From Myxococcota bacterium (GTDB lineage: Bacteria; Myxococcota; JACRCW01), in assembly GCA_040752415.1 (NCBI GenBank), contig JBFMGU010000184.1, positions 1 to 21,463 of the forward strand: DNA of 21,463 nt, read 5' to 3'. Of this stretch, positions 1 through 10,086 are shown one piece after another. Position numbers and translations under genes: made by a program. A model generated the notes under the pieces. That model was not told the origin of the DNA and made no database searches. It saw nothing but the letters and a program-made list of their open reading frames with translations. Each line of letters opens with the position of its first letter. The first letter of the stretch is position 1.

Positions 1-7
1 CCAGCGG

Positions 8-452
8 GTCATGACGACGGAAAACGGCACGCGATGTGCTGGAGCAGTTGGCTCCCGTCAGCGGAGAACTGGCCCGAATCGTCAGGGCTGCCGGAGCGCG
101 TTCTGGGTGAACCCTAAGCTCCGGACGCGTGGGGGCCGGCTTGGTCGTCGTGGACCGGTTTTCCGTCGTCATGACAGCGCCGCCCGGGGCTGACCATTGC
201 CGGCCACCTTCACCGTTCACGCGTTACCGGCAACGGGCAGCCCCTACATTGCAGGCCATTCTCCATCGTCATGAAGCGCTGGGCCCGGGGCTGACCATTG
301 CCGGCCACCTTCACCGTTCACGCCGTACCGGCAACGGGCAGCCCCTACATTGCAGGCCATTCTCCGTCGTCATGAAACGCTGGGCCGACGTTGCACGCCA
401 GTTTCCGTCGTCATGAAGCGCTGGGCCCGGGGCTGACCATTGCCGGCCACCT
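8..452. repeat. Degenerate tandem repeat (~101-bp unit, two full copies plus partial copies) with recurring TCCGTCGTCATGA core and one inverted core copy
   Basis: 161-261 and 262-362 are near-identical (..GCCCGGGGCTGACCATTGCCGGCCACCTTCACCGTTCACGC..ACCGGCAACGGGCAGCCCCTACATTGCAGGCCATTC). Partial copies start at ~363 and ~404. 8-25 GTCATGACGACGGAAAAC is the exact reverse complement of 158-175. Confidence 0.9.
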
Positions 453-570
453 GCGGATGTGCTTACGCCTGCGGCCAAGCGTCGTTTCAAAAAAGCCGCA
501 CCCAATCTCATTGGCGGAACCCAAGAGCGTCGTCTCAAAGTGGTGGCGCGGATGCGGCCGCTGCTCACGT

Positions 571-900
571 TCAAGGCGTGAGGCCCCCACCGCGCCCGCG
601 AACCACCCGCCACGCGTTCACCACCGTCCCAACGACAAACCCGCCCAGCGCCCACACCCTGAACCCGAAGGGAAGGCGCCACTCCCACGGCGTGGCCATC
701 AGGAGCGTGTTCACCAGCGCATAGCCCACCGTGGCAAACACCGCGCCCTGTCCTCCGTGCGCCAGGCCCTGGAATCCCCACGCGGTCCAGCGCAACACGT
801 TCCCGCTGCGGTCCCGCGCCAGCACGGATTGTTGCGCCGGGCTCGCCGCCGTGGCGGGCAATGACGACGGGGACTCCGGTGGATTTGCGCCCGAGGACAT
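571..900 (-). CDS. Small membrane protein (two hydrophobic segments), hypothetical
   Basis: ATG at 900 has GGAGG ~5 nt upstream. Product MSSGANPP...AVFATVGYALVNTLLMATPWEWRLPFGFRVWALGGFVVGTVVNAWR. Divergent from the 994 gene. Confidence 0.6.
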   Translation of the reverse strand: MSSGANPPESPSSLPATAASPAQQSVLARDRSGNVLRWTAWGFQGLAHGGQGAVFATVGYALVNTLLMATPWEWRLPFGFRVWALGGFVVGTVVNAWRVVRGRGGGLTP

Positions 901-993
901 GCACGCCTCCCGCGCCGTCAGCATTCCACCGCGCACGCCCACGCGTCATCCCGCGGCACGCTTGTTGAAGCATCCGACGGAAAGGAGGCGCCC

Positions 994-1476
994 ATGGCCA
1001 CCCTCTCTCCCGTCCTTCCCGGCTCTCCCCGCAAGATTCACGTGCGCGTGGTCCATACCCGCACGGACTTCACGGAGCGCGCACTGCGCGGCGTGCTCAT
1101 GGCGTTGCACACCGTCGTTGCCATCACCGCGCTGTACGGCGGGGGCATGCTGCTCCTCAACACCAGCGGGGAGTACCTGCAGCTGCCGCTGTCCATGCTC
1201 AAGGGCGCGCCCTTCCGCGACTACCTGGTTCCCGGCGTGCTGCTCTTCCTCGTCGTGGGCGGGGGGAACCTGGTGGCCAGCTTCTGGTTGGTGGGCGGTT
1301 GGCGCTGGGGGCCCGCGGCCTCGGTGGTGGCCGGCGCGTTCCTCACCGGCTGGATGGTCACGCAGATCCTCATGCTGGGCTACCAGGCGCCCATCCAGGG
1401 CGTGTTCCTGGCGCTGGGCGTGGTCACCCTGGCGCTGGCGTTGGCGCGCGCATGGCGCCGCGGGCTGGAGGGTTGA
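994..1476 (+). CDS. Four-TM membrane protein, hypothetical
   Basis: AAAGGAGG RBS at 981-988, high GC3, four hydrophobic helices, PF.DYLVPG.LLF motif. Confidence 0.85.
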   Translation: MATLSPVLPGSPRKIHVRVVHTRTDFTERALRGVLMALHTVVAITALYGGGMLLLNTSGEYLQLPLSMLKGAPFRDYLVPGVLLFLVVGGGNLVASFWLVGGWRWGPAASVVAGAFLTGWMVTQILMLGYQAPIQGVFLALGVVTLALALARAWRRGLEG

Positions 1477-1769
1477 GGGGCTGCGTCAGGACAAGGTGCC
1501 CATGGGGTCCGTGACACTCTCGAGCGGACCCCAACCTGGAGTGCGGCGGGCCCTCGCCGCCCTGGTCAGCGCCGAGGGCGTTCTCAAACGTGTGGAACGG
1601 TGCTCGATCTGGTGGCGACGGGAGGCCGACGTCTCCGCGACCGTCGACCGCTGACAAGGGTGCCACCCGCTCGTCGCTGACCAGGGCGGCGAGGGCCCGC
1701 CGCACTACAGGTCGTGGCCCGCTCACGACGTCTGCATTGCCACTGGGCGCCTTGTCCCGACGCAGCCCC
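1477..1769. repeat. 293-bp element with ~100-bp imperfect inverted arms (REPIN/MITE-like)
   Basis: 1477-1576 is an inverted copy of 1670-1769: outer 26 bp match 24/26 and an inner 32-bp stretch matches perfectly. Each arm contains a GCGGCG-N6-CGCCGC hairpin preceded by GGAG (left) or GTAG (right, minus strand). Confidence 0.85.
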
Positions 1770-1804
1770 GGAGCCGCGTTTGAAGCAACAGCCAACCCGG
1801 GGCA

Positions 1805-3364
1805 ATGTCCCCGCATCCCACGCGGAGCGCGGACATGACGGACAGCGCGGATGGATTGGAGCCCCACGTCGAGCTCTCGCAGTTCTCCCTCGACGAGAAG
1901 AGCGTGCAGCTGCTGGGCTACAAGTACTGCGTGCAGAACCACGTGGTGGTCCTGGGCAAGGTGGACCCCAAGGGCACCGACGCCGTCACCGTGGGCATGC
2001 TGAACCCGCACAACCGGCGACTCGTGTCAGACCTGATGGACTTCCTGCGCCGCCCGGTGAACCCGGTGCGCCTCAACGCCTATGAGCTGCACAAGGCCCT
2101 GGATGCCGGCTGGCCCGCCCACGACGACGAGGAACGCACCGCCGCCCTGACGCTGACGCCCGCCGCGGAGCTCTCGTTCGCCCCCGACACCGAGGTGGCG
2201 AGGATCCTGGAGGAGGTGCTTGCCCGCGCCGTGCAGGTCCGCGCCTCCGACGTCCACATCGAGACCTTCCGCGACGACGTGGACGTGCGCTTCCGCATGG
2301 ACGGCGTGCTGCGCCACGTCAACACCGCCATCAGCCCCGCCAACGTGCGCGCGCTGGTGAGTCGCATCAAGGTGCTGGCGGACCTGGACATCGCGGAGCG
2401 CCGGCTGGCGCAGGACGGGCGCATCACCGCCACCTTCCGCGAGGGCAGCGCGGAGAAGACGGTGGACCTGCGCGTGAGCGTGGTGCCCGGCCCGTTTGGC
2501 GAGGACGCCGTGCTGCGCATCCTGGATGGCTCCGCGCCGCTGCTGGGCCTGGAGAAGCTGGGTCTCCCCGCGGAGCTGCAGCGCACGCTGCGCGAGATCA
2601 TCAGCAACCCCGAGGGCATGCTGCTGGTGACCGGACCCACGGGAAGTGGCAAGACCACCACGCTGTATTCCGCGCTGCACCACCTGGCGTCCGAGACGCG
2701 GAAGATCCTCACCGTCGAGGATCCGGTGGAGTACGTGCTGCCCAAGGTGAACCAGAAGCAGGTGGGCCCCAAGATGGACTTCGCCGACCACGTGCGCGCG
2801 TTCCTGCGCCAGAACCCCGACGTGATCCTGGTGGGTGAGATCCGCGACGCCGAGACCGCCGAGGTGGCGGTGCGCGCGGCACAGACCGGGCACCTGGTGC
2901 TGAGCACGTTGCACACCAATGACGCCGTGCAGACGGTCTCCCGCCTGGGCGTGCTGGGCGTGCACCCCAACCTGCTCTCCGGCGTGCTGCTGGGCGCGCT
3001 GGCGCAGCGGCTGGTGCGTCGGTTGTGCACCGCGTGCCGCGAGCCGGCCGTCCCCACCGACGACGAACGCGCCCGGCTGGGGCTGTCCCCCGACGACCAC
3101 GCGTTCTTCCGCGCGCGCGGCTGCGCGCAGTGCGGCGGGGACGGCTACCGCGGGCGCGTGGGCATCTACGAGCTGATGGTGGTGGATGACGAGCTGGCCG
3201 ACCTCATCGCAGACAACGTGCCGGTGCACCGCCTGCGCATCGTGGCCACGGAGAAGGGCATGCGCAGCCTGGCGGCGGACGCGCTGCAGAAGGCACGGGA
3301 AGGGCTGACCTCGCTCGCGGAGATCCTGCGGGTGGTGCCCTACCGCCAGCTGGCGGGACGCTGA
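1805..3364 (+). CDS. GspE/PulE/PilB-family secretion/pilus assembly ATPase (alternative start ATG 1835)
   Basis: ASDVHIE, RFRMDGVL, LDIAERRLAQDGR, Walker A GPTGSGKTTT, TVEDPVEY, LRQNPDVILVGEIRD, STLHTND, and tetra-Cys CTAC...CAQC. Confidence 0.95.
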   Translation: MSPHPTRSADMTDSADGLEPHVELSQFSLDEKSVQLLGYKYCVQNHVVVLGKVDPKGTDAVTVGMLNPHNRRLVSDLMDFLRRPVNPVRLNAYELHKALDAGWPAHDDEERTAALTLTPAAELSFAPDTEVARILEEVLARAVQVRASDVHIETFRDDVDVRFRMDGVLRHVNTAISPANVRALVSRIKVLADLDIAERRLAQDGRITATFREGSAEKTVDLRVSVVPGPFGEDAVLRILDGSAPLLGLEKLGLPAELQRTLREIISNPEGMLLVTGPTGSGKTTTLYSALHHLASETRKILTVEDPVEYVLPKVNQKQVGPKMDFADHVRAFLRQNPDVILVGEIRDAETAEVAVRAAQTGHLVLSTLHTNDAVQTVSRLGVLGVHPNLLSGVLLGALAQRLVRRLCTACREPAVPTDDERARLGLSPDDHAFFRARGCAQCGGDGYRGRVGIYELMVVDDELADLIADNVPVHRLRIVATEKGMRSLAADALQKAREGLTSLAEILRVVPYRQLAGR

Positions 3365-3368
3365 CGAC

Positions 3369-3408
3369 GGGAATGCCGCGAAGGCGCCTCCGAGCTCCGC
3401 GGCATCCC
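3369..3408. terminator. Hairpin between convergent genes, possible bidirectional terminator
   Basis: ATGCCGCG (3373-3380) pairs with CGCGGCAT (3398-3405) and can be extended by GGG/CCC. No clear U-tract. Confidence 0.4.
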
Positions 3409-3418
3409 GGGGGAAACC

Positions 3419-3613
3419 TCACGGAGCCGGCGGTGGCGGACTGCGCGTCTCGCGGCTCGCCTGCTTGATGTCGTGCTTCACCTCTTCCGCGGCGCCTTTG
3501 GCCTTGCCCTTGGCGGTGTCGACCTTGCCGGCCGCTTCCACGCGACGCTTGCCGGTGGCGACGCCAAACACCTTCTTGAACTTGCCCTTGGCCTTGTCCA
3601 GGAACTCGCCCAT
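3419..3613 (-). CDS. csbD: CsbD-family stress-response protein
   Basis: DKAKGKFKKVFGVATGKRRVEAAGKVDTAKGKAK matches the CsbD pattern; AGGAGG RBS upstream. Confidence 0.85.
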   Translation of the reverse strand: MGEFLDKAKGKFKKVFGVATGKRRVEAAGKVDTAKGKAKGAAEEVKHDIKQASRETRSPPPPAP

Positions 3614-3767
3614 GGCCCACCTCCTCTGGCGGTGAGCTACCGACGAGCCCGCACACCCGCAGGGCCGTGGACGTCAACGACTCGTCGTCGTGGACGCTGT
3701 CGTTTCCGCCTTGTGGATCTCCAGAGACCGCAACGACGTCGTCGGCGTCAGCGCCCGTCTTCCCGCG

Positions 3768-4793
<1,026 letters not shown>

Positions 4794-4978
4794 GGATGCG
4801 TCAATGCGGCTCGTGAGGTGGGTCGGAAGATGCGCGTCCTCCCCCGGGCTCCACCCCGAGGGACACGCAGGAAGGCACCCCTTAGCGCCAGGCCCCCCGG
4901 TACGCCAGTCTCCGCCCCGCCCATCCCGCCACCAAGGCTTGCACCGGAGGGGCGGACCTTGTAGGTGCGCGCGTCTCC

Positions 4979-6049
4979 ATGCGTTTCCCTCGACGGCACC
5001 TCCACCTCTGCGCGTGCGTCGCGTTCCTGCTGGCGCTCTGGTCCTGCAAGAACTCCGAGGACCAGGCGGCCAAGGAGCGCGTCTTCTCCCCGCCACCGCC
5101 CAACCCCATCCTGGAGAAGGCCAAGGAGCCCGTGGACCTGGCCAAGCTGGAGCAGGACAAGGACTACCGGCGCAAGGTCCTGGGCATGCTCTTCCCCGAG
5201 GTCCAGGCACGCCTCAAGGCCGGCCTGTTCACCGTCAAGGAGACGCTCACCATCCAGAAGGGTGAGCAGAGCATCAGCGTGGAGGAGAACGGCCAGATCC
5301 AGTTCAACAGCCACGGCGACATGGCGGTGGAGCTCAAGACCGGCCCCACCGAGGCCATGCAGCTGGTCTACACCAACGAGGTGCTCTACCTGCGCAACCG
5401 CGCCGGCCAGTGGCGCGCCAGCCGCGACCCCTCCGACGAGCGCCACTTCTGGGCCAACGAGACCTACGGCGCGCTGCGCACCACCGCGGACCTCTTCAAG
5501 GACGCCATGACCTTCAAGCGCGTGGGCCCCGAGGAGATCGAGGGTCGCAAGGCCAGCCGCTTTGAGCTGGGACTGTCCCAGAGCGGTGGAGACCCCGACG
5601 TGCTCACCGACCCCGAGGACGGCGGCCCCCAGACCACGGTGCGCATCCCCGACGGCGGGGCGCTGTTCCGCGCCGCCCAGGACCACCGGCGCGCACTCAA
5701 GGGCGGCGTGCCGCAGTCGCTCACCGGCTACATCATCTTTGACGACGAGAAGGGCGTGCCGCTGAAGGTGGAGCTGGAAGGCACGCTCAAGCTGGGCGGC
5801 AAGCGCACCACCGACATCAAGGCCATGACCATCAAGCTGGAGAGCAGCGTGGTGGACGTGGGCAAGGACCAGGAGATCCTCCCGCCCAAGGGCGCGGTGG
5901 CGGAGATCATCCGTCGTCGCATCCCGGTGAGCCCGCTGGAGTTCCTGGACGGCGGCACCACGCCCGCCAAGGGCAAGCCGGCGCAGAAGGGTGAGAAGGA
6001 CAAGGCGCCCGCCCAGCCCGTCGAGCCGCCCGACGACACCGAAGAGTGA
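4979..6049 (+). CDS. Lipoprotein of unknown function, first gene of the proBA operon
   Basis: Signal peptide ending LLALWSC, very high GC3, stop overlaps the proB start (GTGA). Confidence 0.85.
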   Translation: MRFPRRHLHLCACVAFLLALWSCKNSEDQAAKERVFSPPPPNPILEKAKEPVDLAKLEQDKDYRRKVLGMLFPEVQARLKAGLFTVKETLTIQKGEQSISVEENGQIQFNSHGDMAVELKTGPTEAMQLVYTNEVLYLRNRAGQWRASRDPSDERHFWANETYGALRTTADLFKDAMTFKRVGPEEIEGRKASRFELGLSQSGGDPDVLTDPEDGGPQTTVRIPDGGALFRAAQDHRRALKGGVPQSLTGYIIFDDEKGVPLKVELEGTLKLGGKRTTDIKAMTIKLESSVVDVGKDQEILPPKGAVAEIIRRRIPVSPLEFLDGGTTPAKGKPAQKGEKDKAPAQPVEPPDDTEE

Positions 6050-7191
6050 CCATGGAGCCCGTCACCGAGGCCGCCGCACGCGCCGAGCTGCCGCAGGCCA
6101 AGCGCATCGTCGTCAAGGTGGGGAGCGCGCTGCTCACCACGCAGGGCCAGACCGTCAACGGCCAGGTCCTCTTGAGCCTGGTCACGCAGCTGGCGCACCA
6201 GCGCGCGCAGGGTCGCCAGGTCCTCCTGGTCACCAGCGGCGCGGTGGCCCTGGGCCTGGGCCCGCTGGGCCTCACCGAGCGCCCCGCCGACCTGGCCACC
6301 GCGCAGGCCTCCGCCGCCTGCGGGCAGGTCCGCCTCATGGCCCACTACGCCGACGCCTTCGCGCTGTGCGGCATCCACGTGGGCCAGGTGCTGCTCACCC
6401 ACGGGGACCTGGCGGATCGTCGTCGCTATCTCAACGCGCGGCGCGCGGTGGCGGCCCTGCTGGACCACGGCGTGCTGCCCATCTTCAACGAGAACGACAC
6501 CGTCACCTCCGACGAGATCAAGCTGGGCGACAACGACACGCTGGCCGCGGAGGTGGCCGGGCTCACCGACGCCGACGGCGTCATCCTGCTCACCGACCGC
6601 GACGGCCTGTACAACGCGGACCCGCGCACCAACCCGGAGGCGCGTCGCGTCCCCTTCGTGGCCCACATCACCGACGAGGTCCGCGCCATGGCCGGCGGCA
6701 CGGCGGGCGTGGGCACCGGCGGGATGATCACCAAGGTCCGCGCCGCCACCGTGGCCGGGGAGCACGGGGCGTGGACCGTGATTGCGCCAGGTCGCAAGCC
6801 CGACGTGCTGGAGCGCCTGCTCCGCGGTGACGACGAGGGCACCCTGTTTGCCGCGCGCGAGGCCACCGCGCCGGCGCGCAAGCGCTGGATCGGTCGCACG
6901 CTGCGGCCCAAGGGTGTCCTGGTGGTGGACGACGGCGCGGCGCGCGCGCTCAAGCAGGGTGGCAGCAGCCTCTTGCCCCGCGGGATCACCCGGGTGGAGG
7001 GCACCTTCGACAACGGCGACGCCGTGGAGGTGCGCGCGCTGGATGGCACCGTCCTGGGCCGCGGGCTCTCCGCCTACGCCAGCGATGAGGTCTCGCGCAT
7101 TGCTGGCCACAAGAGTGCGGAAATCCAGTCCATCCTGGGCTACAAATACGCCGACGAAGTCATCCACCGGGACGACCTGGTGGTGGGTTGA
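6046..7191 (+). CDS. proB: Glutamate 5-kinase with C-terminal PUA domain (start GTG 6046 or ATG 6052)
   Basis: RIVVKVGSALL, VTSGAVA, PIFNENDTV, GDNDTLAA, GTGGMITK, and PUA domain ending EVIHRDDLV. Confidence 0.97.
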   Translation: MTMEPVTEAAARAELPQAKRIVVKVGSALLTTQGQTVNGQVLLSLVTQLAHQRAQGRQVLLVTSGAVALGLGPLGLTERPADLATAQASAACGQVRLMAHYADAFALCGIHVGQVLLTHGDLADRRRYLNARRAVAALLDHGVLPIFNENDTVTSDEIKLGDNDTLAAEVAGLTDADGVILLTDRDGLYNADPRTNPEARRVPFVAHITDEVRAMAGGTAGVGTGGMITKVRAATVAGEHGAWTVIAPGRKPDVLERLLRGDDEGTLFAAREATAPARKRWIGRTLRPKGVLVVDDGAARALKQGGSSLLPRGITRVEGTFDNGDAVEVRALDGTVLGRGLSAYASDEVSRIAGHKSAEIQSILGYKYADEVIHRDDLVVG

Positions 7192-7218
7192 GAAGCGGGC
7201 GGTTAACGTCCCCCTGTC

Positions 7219-8517
7219 ATGGATTCCACGAACCATTCCTCCACCGACCTCGCCGCAGCCCTCGCCGGTCGTGCGCGCGTGGCCAGCCGGACCCTGGCCG
7301 CCGCCACCACGGCGCAGAAGAACGCGGCGCTGACCGCGCTGGCGCGTCGCCTCCGCGCGGCAGGTGGGGAGCTTGCCCGGGCCAGTGCCGAGGACGTGGA
7401 AGCCGCCCGGGCCGCCGGCGTGCGCGGCGCGCTGCTGGACCGCCTGCTCCTCGACGAGAAACGGGTGGCCGCGCTGGCCGCCGGCGTCGAGGAGATCGTG
7501 GCGCTACCCGACCCGGTGGGCGTCATCGAGGAGATGGTGCCGCGCCCCAGCGGGATCCTGGCCGGGCGCATGCGCGTGCCGCTGGGCGTGATCCTCATGA
7601 TCTACGAGGCGCGTCCCAACGTGACGGTGGAAGCCGCGGCGCTGGGCCTCAAGAGCGGCAACGCGATGCTCCTGCGCGGCGGCAAGGAAGCGGTGCGGGC
7701 CAACCGCGCGCTCATCCGGGAGGTGGCCGCGGCGCTGGATGAGGCCGGGCTGCCGCAGGATGCCGCGCTGCTCGTCGAGGATCCGGACCGCAGCGTGATG
7801 ATGGCGCTGTTGCAGCGTCGGGGCGAGATTGACCTGGCCATCCCGCGCGGCGGGGCGGCGCTCATCCAGACGGTGGCGGAGAACGCGCGCGTGCCCGTGG
7901 TGGAGCACTACCAGGGCATCTGCCACGTCTACGTGGAGAAGACCGCGGACCTGGACATGGCGCTGGACGTGGTGCGCAACGCCAAGGTGCAGCGTCCCGG
8001 CGTGTGCAACGCCGCGGAGTGCGTGCTGGTGGACCGGGAGATTGCGCCCGTGTTCCTGCCGCGCCTGGCCCAGGTGCTCACCGAGAAGAACGTGGAGCTG
8101 CGCGCGGACGCGGAGGCGCGGGCCCTGGTCCCGAGCATGAAGGCCGCCACCGACGCGGACTGGGACACGGAGTTCCTGGATTTGATCCTGGCGGTGAAGA
8201 CGGTGGGCGGGATGGAGGACGCGCTTCAGTTCATTGCGCTTCACGGCTCCCGTCACAGTGAGGCCATCATCACCAGCAACCATGACCTGGCCATGCGGTT
8301 TGTTCGTGAGGTGGACGCCAGCTGCGTGTTGGTGAACGCCAGCACGCGTTTCAACGACGGCGGCGAGCTGGGGCTTGGCGCCGAGATGGGTATCAGCACA
8401 ACGAAGCTCCACGCCTATGGACCCATGGGCCTGACGGAGCTCACAGCCCGAAAGTGGGTGGTGTTGGGCCGCGGGGAGATCCGCGGTGAGACACACGCGC
8501 GCGGCGGGCGGCAGTGA
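7219..8517 (+). CDS. proA: Gamma-glutamyl phosphate reductase
   Basis: [79 protein letters not shown]. Confidence 0.97.
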   Translation: MDSTNHSSTDLAAALAGRARVASRTLAAATTAQKNAALTALARRLRAAGGELARASAEDVEAARAAGVRGALLDRLLLDEKRVAALAAGVEEIVALPDPVGVIEEMVPRPSGILAGRMRVPLGVILMIYEARPNVTVEAAALGLKSGNAMLLRGGKEAVRANRALIREVAAALDEAGLPQDAALLVEDPDRSVMMALLQRRGEIDLAIPRGGAALIQTVAENARVPVVEHYQGICHVYVEKTADLDMALDVVRNAKVQRPGVCNAAECVLVDREIAPVFLPRLAQVLTEKNVELRADAEARALVPSMKAATDADWDTEFLDLILAVKTVGGMEDALQFIALHGSRHSEAIITSNHDLAMRFVREVDASCVLVNASTRFNDGGELGLGAEMGISTTKLHAYGPMGLTELTARKWVVLGRGEIRGETHARGGRQ

Positions 8518-9128
8518 AGGAGAACATGGCAACAGCCATTGGCGAGAGTGGGACAAGCAAGGGCAAGCCCCGCGGCAGCAAGAAGGCCGCGGCCACGTCA
8601 AAGACCAGCGCGGATCCCTCCCTGGTGCTTGCGCACCGCGTGGCGGAGCTGATGCTGGAGCGCAAGGCGGACAACGTCACCATCCTGCACGTGGGTGGGC
8701 TGACCTCGTTCGCGGACTACTTCGTCCTCGGCACCGCGCAGAGCGACCGGCAGGTCCAGGCCATGAGCCGGCACCTCTCCGAGCTCCTCAAGAAGGAAGG
8801 CCACCCCGTGCTCTCCATGGAGGGCGTGGAGCTGAGCCACTGGGTGCTGATGGATTTTGGCGGCGTGGTGGCGCACATCTTCTACGAGCCCGCGCGCGAG
8901 TACTACGACCTGGACGGCCTGTGGGCCGACGCGCCGCGGGTGGCCGTGGAAGACACCAAGGCCGAGCGCGCCGCCAGCAAGCGCAAGACCGCCGCCAAGA
9001 AGGGCTGACCGACCGCGTTGGCCGCCAAAGCCACGCCGGAGGGTCCTGAAGGGAGCGTGTCAAACCGCCAAGGTGATCCGGGTCACTCCGGAACGTGATT
9101 GGCACGCCGCCAAACGCGATCCGGAGCA
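8229..9128 (+). repeat. Direct repeat copy 1 (3' proA + rsfS + downstream intergenic), repeated at 14603-15502
   Basis: Constant offset of 6374; five substitutions found by eye (8240, 8328, 8391, 9058, 9085). Confidence 0.97.
8514..9008 (+). CDS. rsfS: Ribosome silencing factor RsfS (Iojap family), copy 1 (alternative start ATG 8526)
   Basis: KADNVTIL...[17 protein letters not shown]...EG...[14 protein letters not shown]...[13 protein letters not shown]; position after proA. Confidence 0.95.
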   Translation: MKENMATAIGESGTSKGKPRGSKKAAATSKTSADPSLVLAHRVAELMLERKADNVTILHVGGLTSFADYFVLGTAQSDRQVQAMSRHLSELLKKEGHPVLSMEGVELSHWVLMDFGGVVAHIFYEPAREYYDLDGLWADAPRVAVEDTKAERAASKRKTAAKKG

Positions 9129-9191
9129 CTCCGCAACGCGATCAGCACCCACCCAAAGTGATCCCGGCCACTCCTGAGTGCGCTTGGCACC
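9065..9191. repeat. Degenerate ~42-bp x3 (21-bp sub-period x6) tandem repeat
   Basis: CCGCCAAGGTGATCCGGGTCA / CTCCGGAACGTGATTGGCACG / CCGCCAAACGCGATCCGGAGCA / CTCCGCAACGCGATCAGCACC / CACCCAAAGTGATCCCGGCCA / CTCCTGAGTGCGCTTGGCACC. Confidence 0.7.
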
Positions 9192-9210
9192 CCAGGCGCG
9201 GTGAGGGCGG

Positions 9211-9945
9211 TCACCCCGGGATGAGCTCCTCGTTGGCCACTTCCGTGGTCTGCCCCGGCCGGCGGGAGGACGGGCGCACCTTTCCCGCCAGGTCCTTCTC
9301 CCCAATGAACTCCAACAGCGCACTGGTGAGGTTGGCCACCTGGGAGAAGGTCGCGTCATAGCTGGCGATCGCCTTGTTCTTGCGGTTGAGCGTGTCGTCC
9401 GCCTCTTTGCCTTCGCGGGAGACGTCCTTCAGCGCCTGGCTCAGCTCCGGCAGCTTCAGGGCAATCTGGGCGCGGTACTTCTCCGGATTGAACGTGAACT
9501 CCTCCACCAGTGGCGCGGGCGGCGGCACACTCTTGAGGCCTTCATGGACCTGGGTGGCCACGCGCTCGACGGCCACCGGGTCCTCAGGCGTTTCCCCGGC
9601 CAGGCCAAGCTGCGCCACGTAGCTCTGGCCCATCACGGGCGTGAGCACTTCCTTCATGCGCACCAGCACCGCACGCACTGCCACCGCGCTTTCGTCGCGC
9701 TTCGTCCGCGGACCGGCGTCATCGCCCAGCTCGCGCTCGTGCGCGTCGTCGGCTGCGACCATCGTCGTGGTGTCGGCCGCGAGCGTCTCGCGCATCTTGG
9801 TCAGCAACGTCGTGACCGGTCCCTCCAGTTCCGCGCCAAAGCGCGCGGCAACCCCCGCCGCGATGCGCGGCGCGTGCGTGCTGTTGGCCGCCTGCACGCT
9901 GTTGGACGACTTCTGTCGGTTGATCACCATCTTGGAAACAGCCAC
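9211..9945 (-). CDS. Alpha-helical hypothetical protein (~244 aa)
   Basis: GTG start at 9945 after a G-rich RBS. Host-like codon usage and protein-like helical sequence (MVAADDAHERELGDD...KVRPSSRRPG). The upstream ORF extension runs antisense into the transposase remnant and is discarded. Confidence 0.8.
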   Translation of the reverse strand: MAVSKMVINRQKSSNSVQAANSTHAPRIAAGVAARFGAELEGPVTTLLTKMRETLAADTTTMVAADDAHERELGDDAGPRTKRDESAVAVRAVLVRMKEVLTPVMGQSYVAQLGLAGETPEDPVAVERVATQVHEGLKSVPPPAPLVEEFTFNPEKYRAQIALKLPELSQALKDVSREGKEADDTLNRKNKAIASYDATFSQVANLTSALLEFIGEKDLAGKVRPSSRRPGQTTEVANEELIPG

Positions 9946-10086
9946 GTGAAACCCCCATGTCAAGGTTGGCGCACCATACGCCCCGCCCGACCGAATGCAC
10001 GACGGAATCCGTCGGACAGGTGACCGAGGATGCATCAATTCCCTTCGGCGAACGTCAGCGCCCGGGTCGTGCAACGATGGCACGCC

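Noticed and set aside
161..452. CRISPR array
   Set aside because: The sequence between cores is itself repeated, spacing is irregular, and there are no cas genes in the window.
4794..5210. N-terminal extension of moxR to 480 aa
   Set aside because: Low-complexity Pro/Arg/Gly sequence overlapping the divergent lipoprotein gene.
8229..8232. GTTC at the repeat start as an IS91 terIS/target tetranucleotide
   Set aside because: As I recall the IS91 geometry, the transposase sense strand should show GAAC/CAAG here, so the orientation seems wrong. A 4-mer is also weak evidence.
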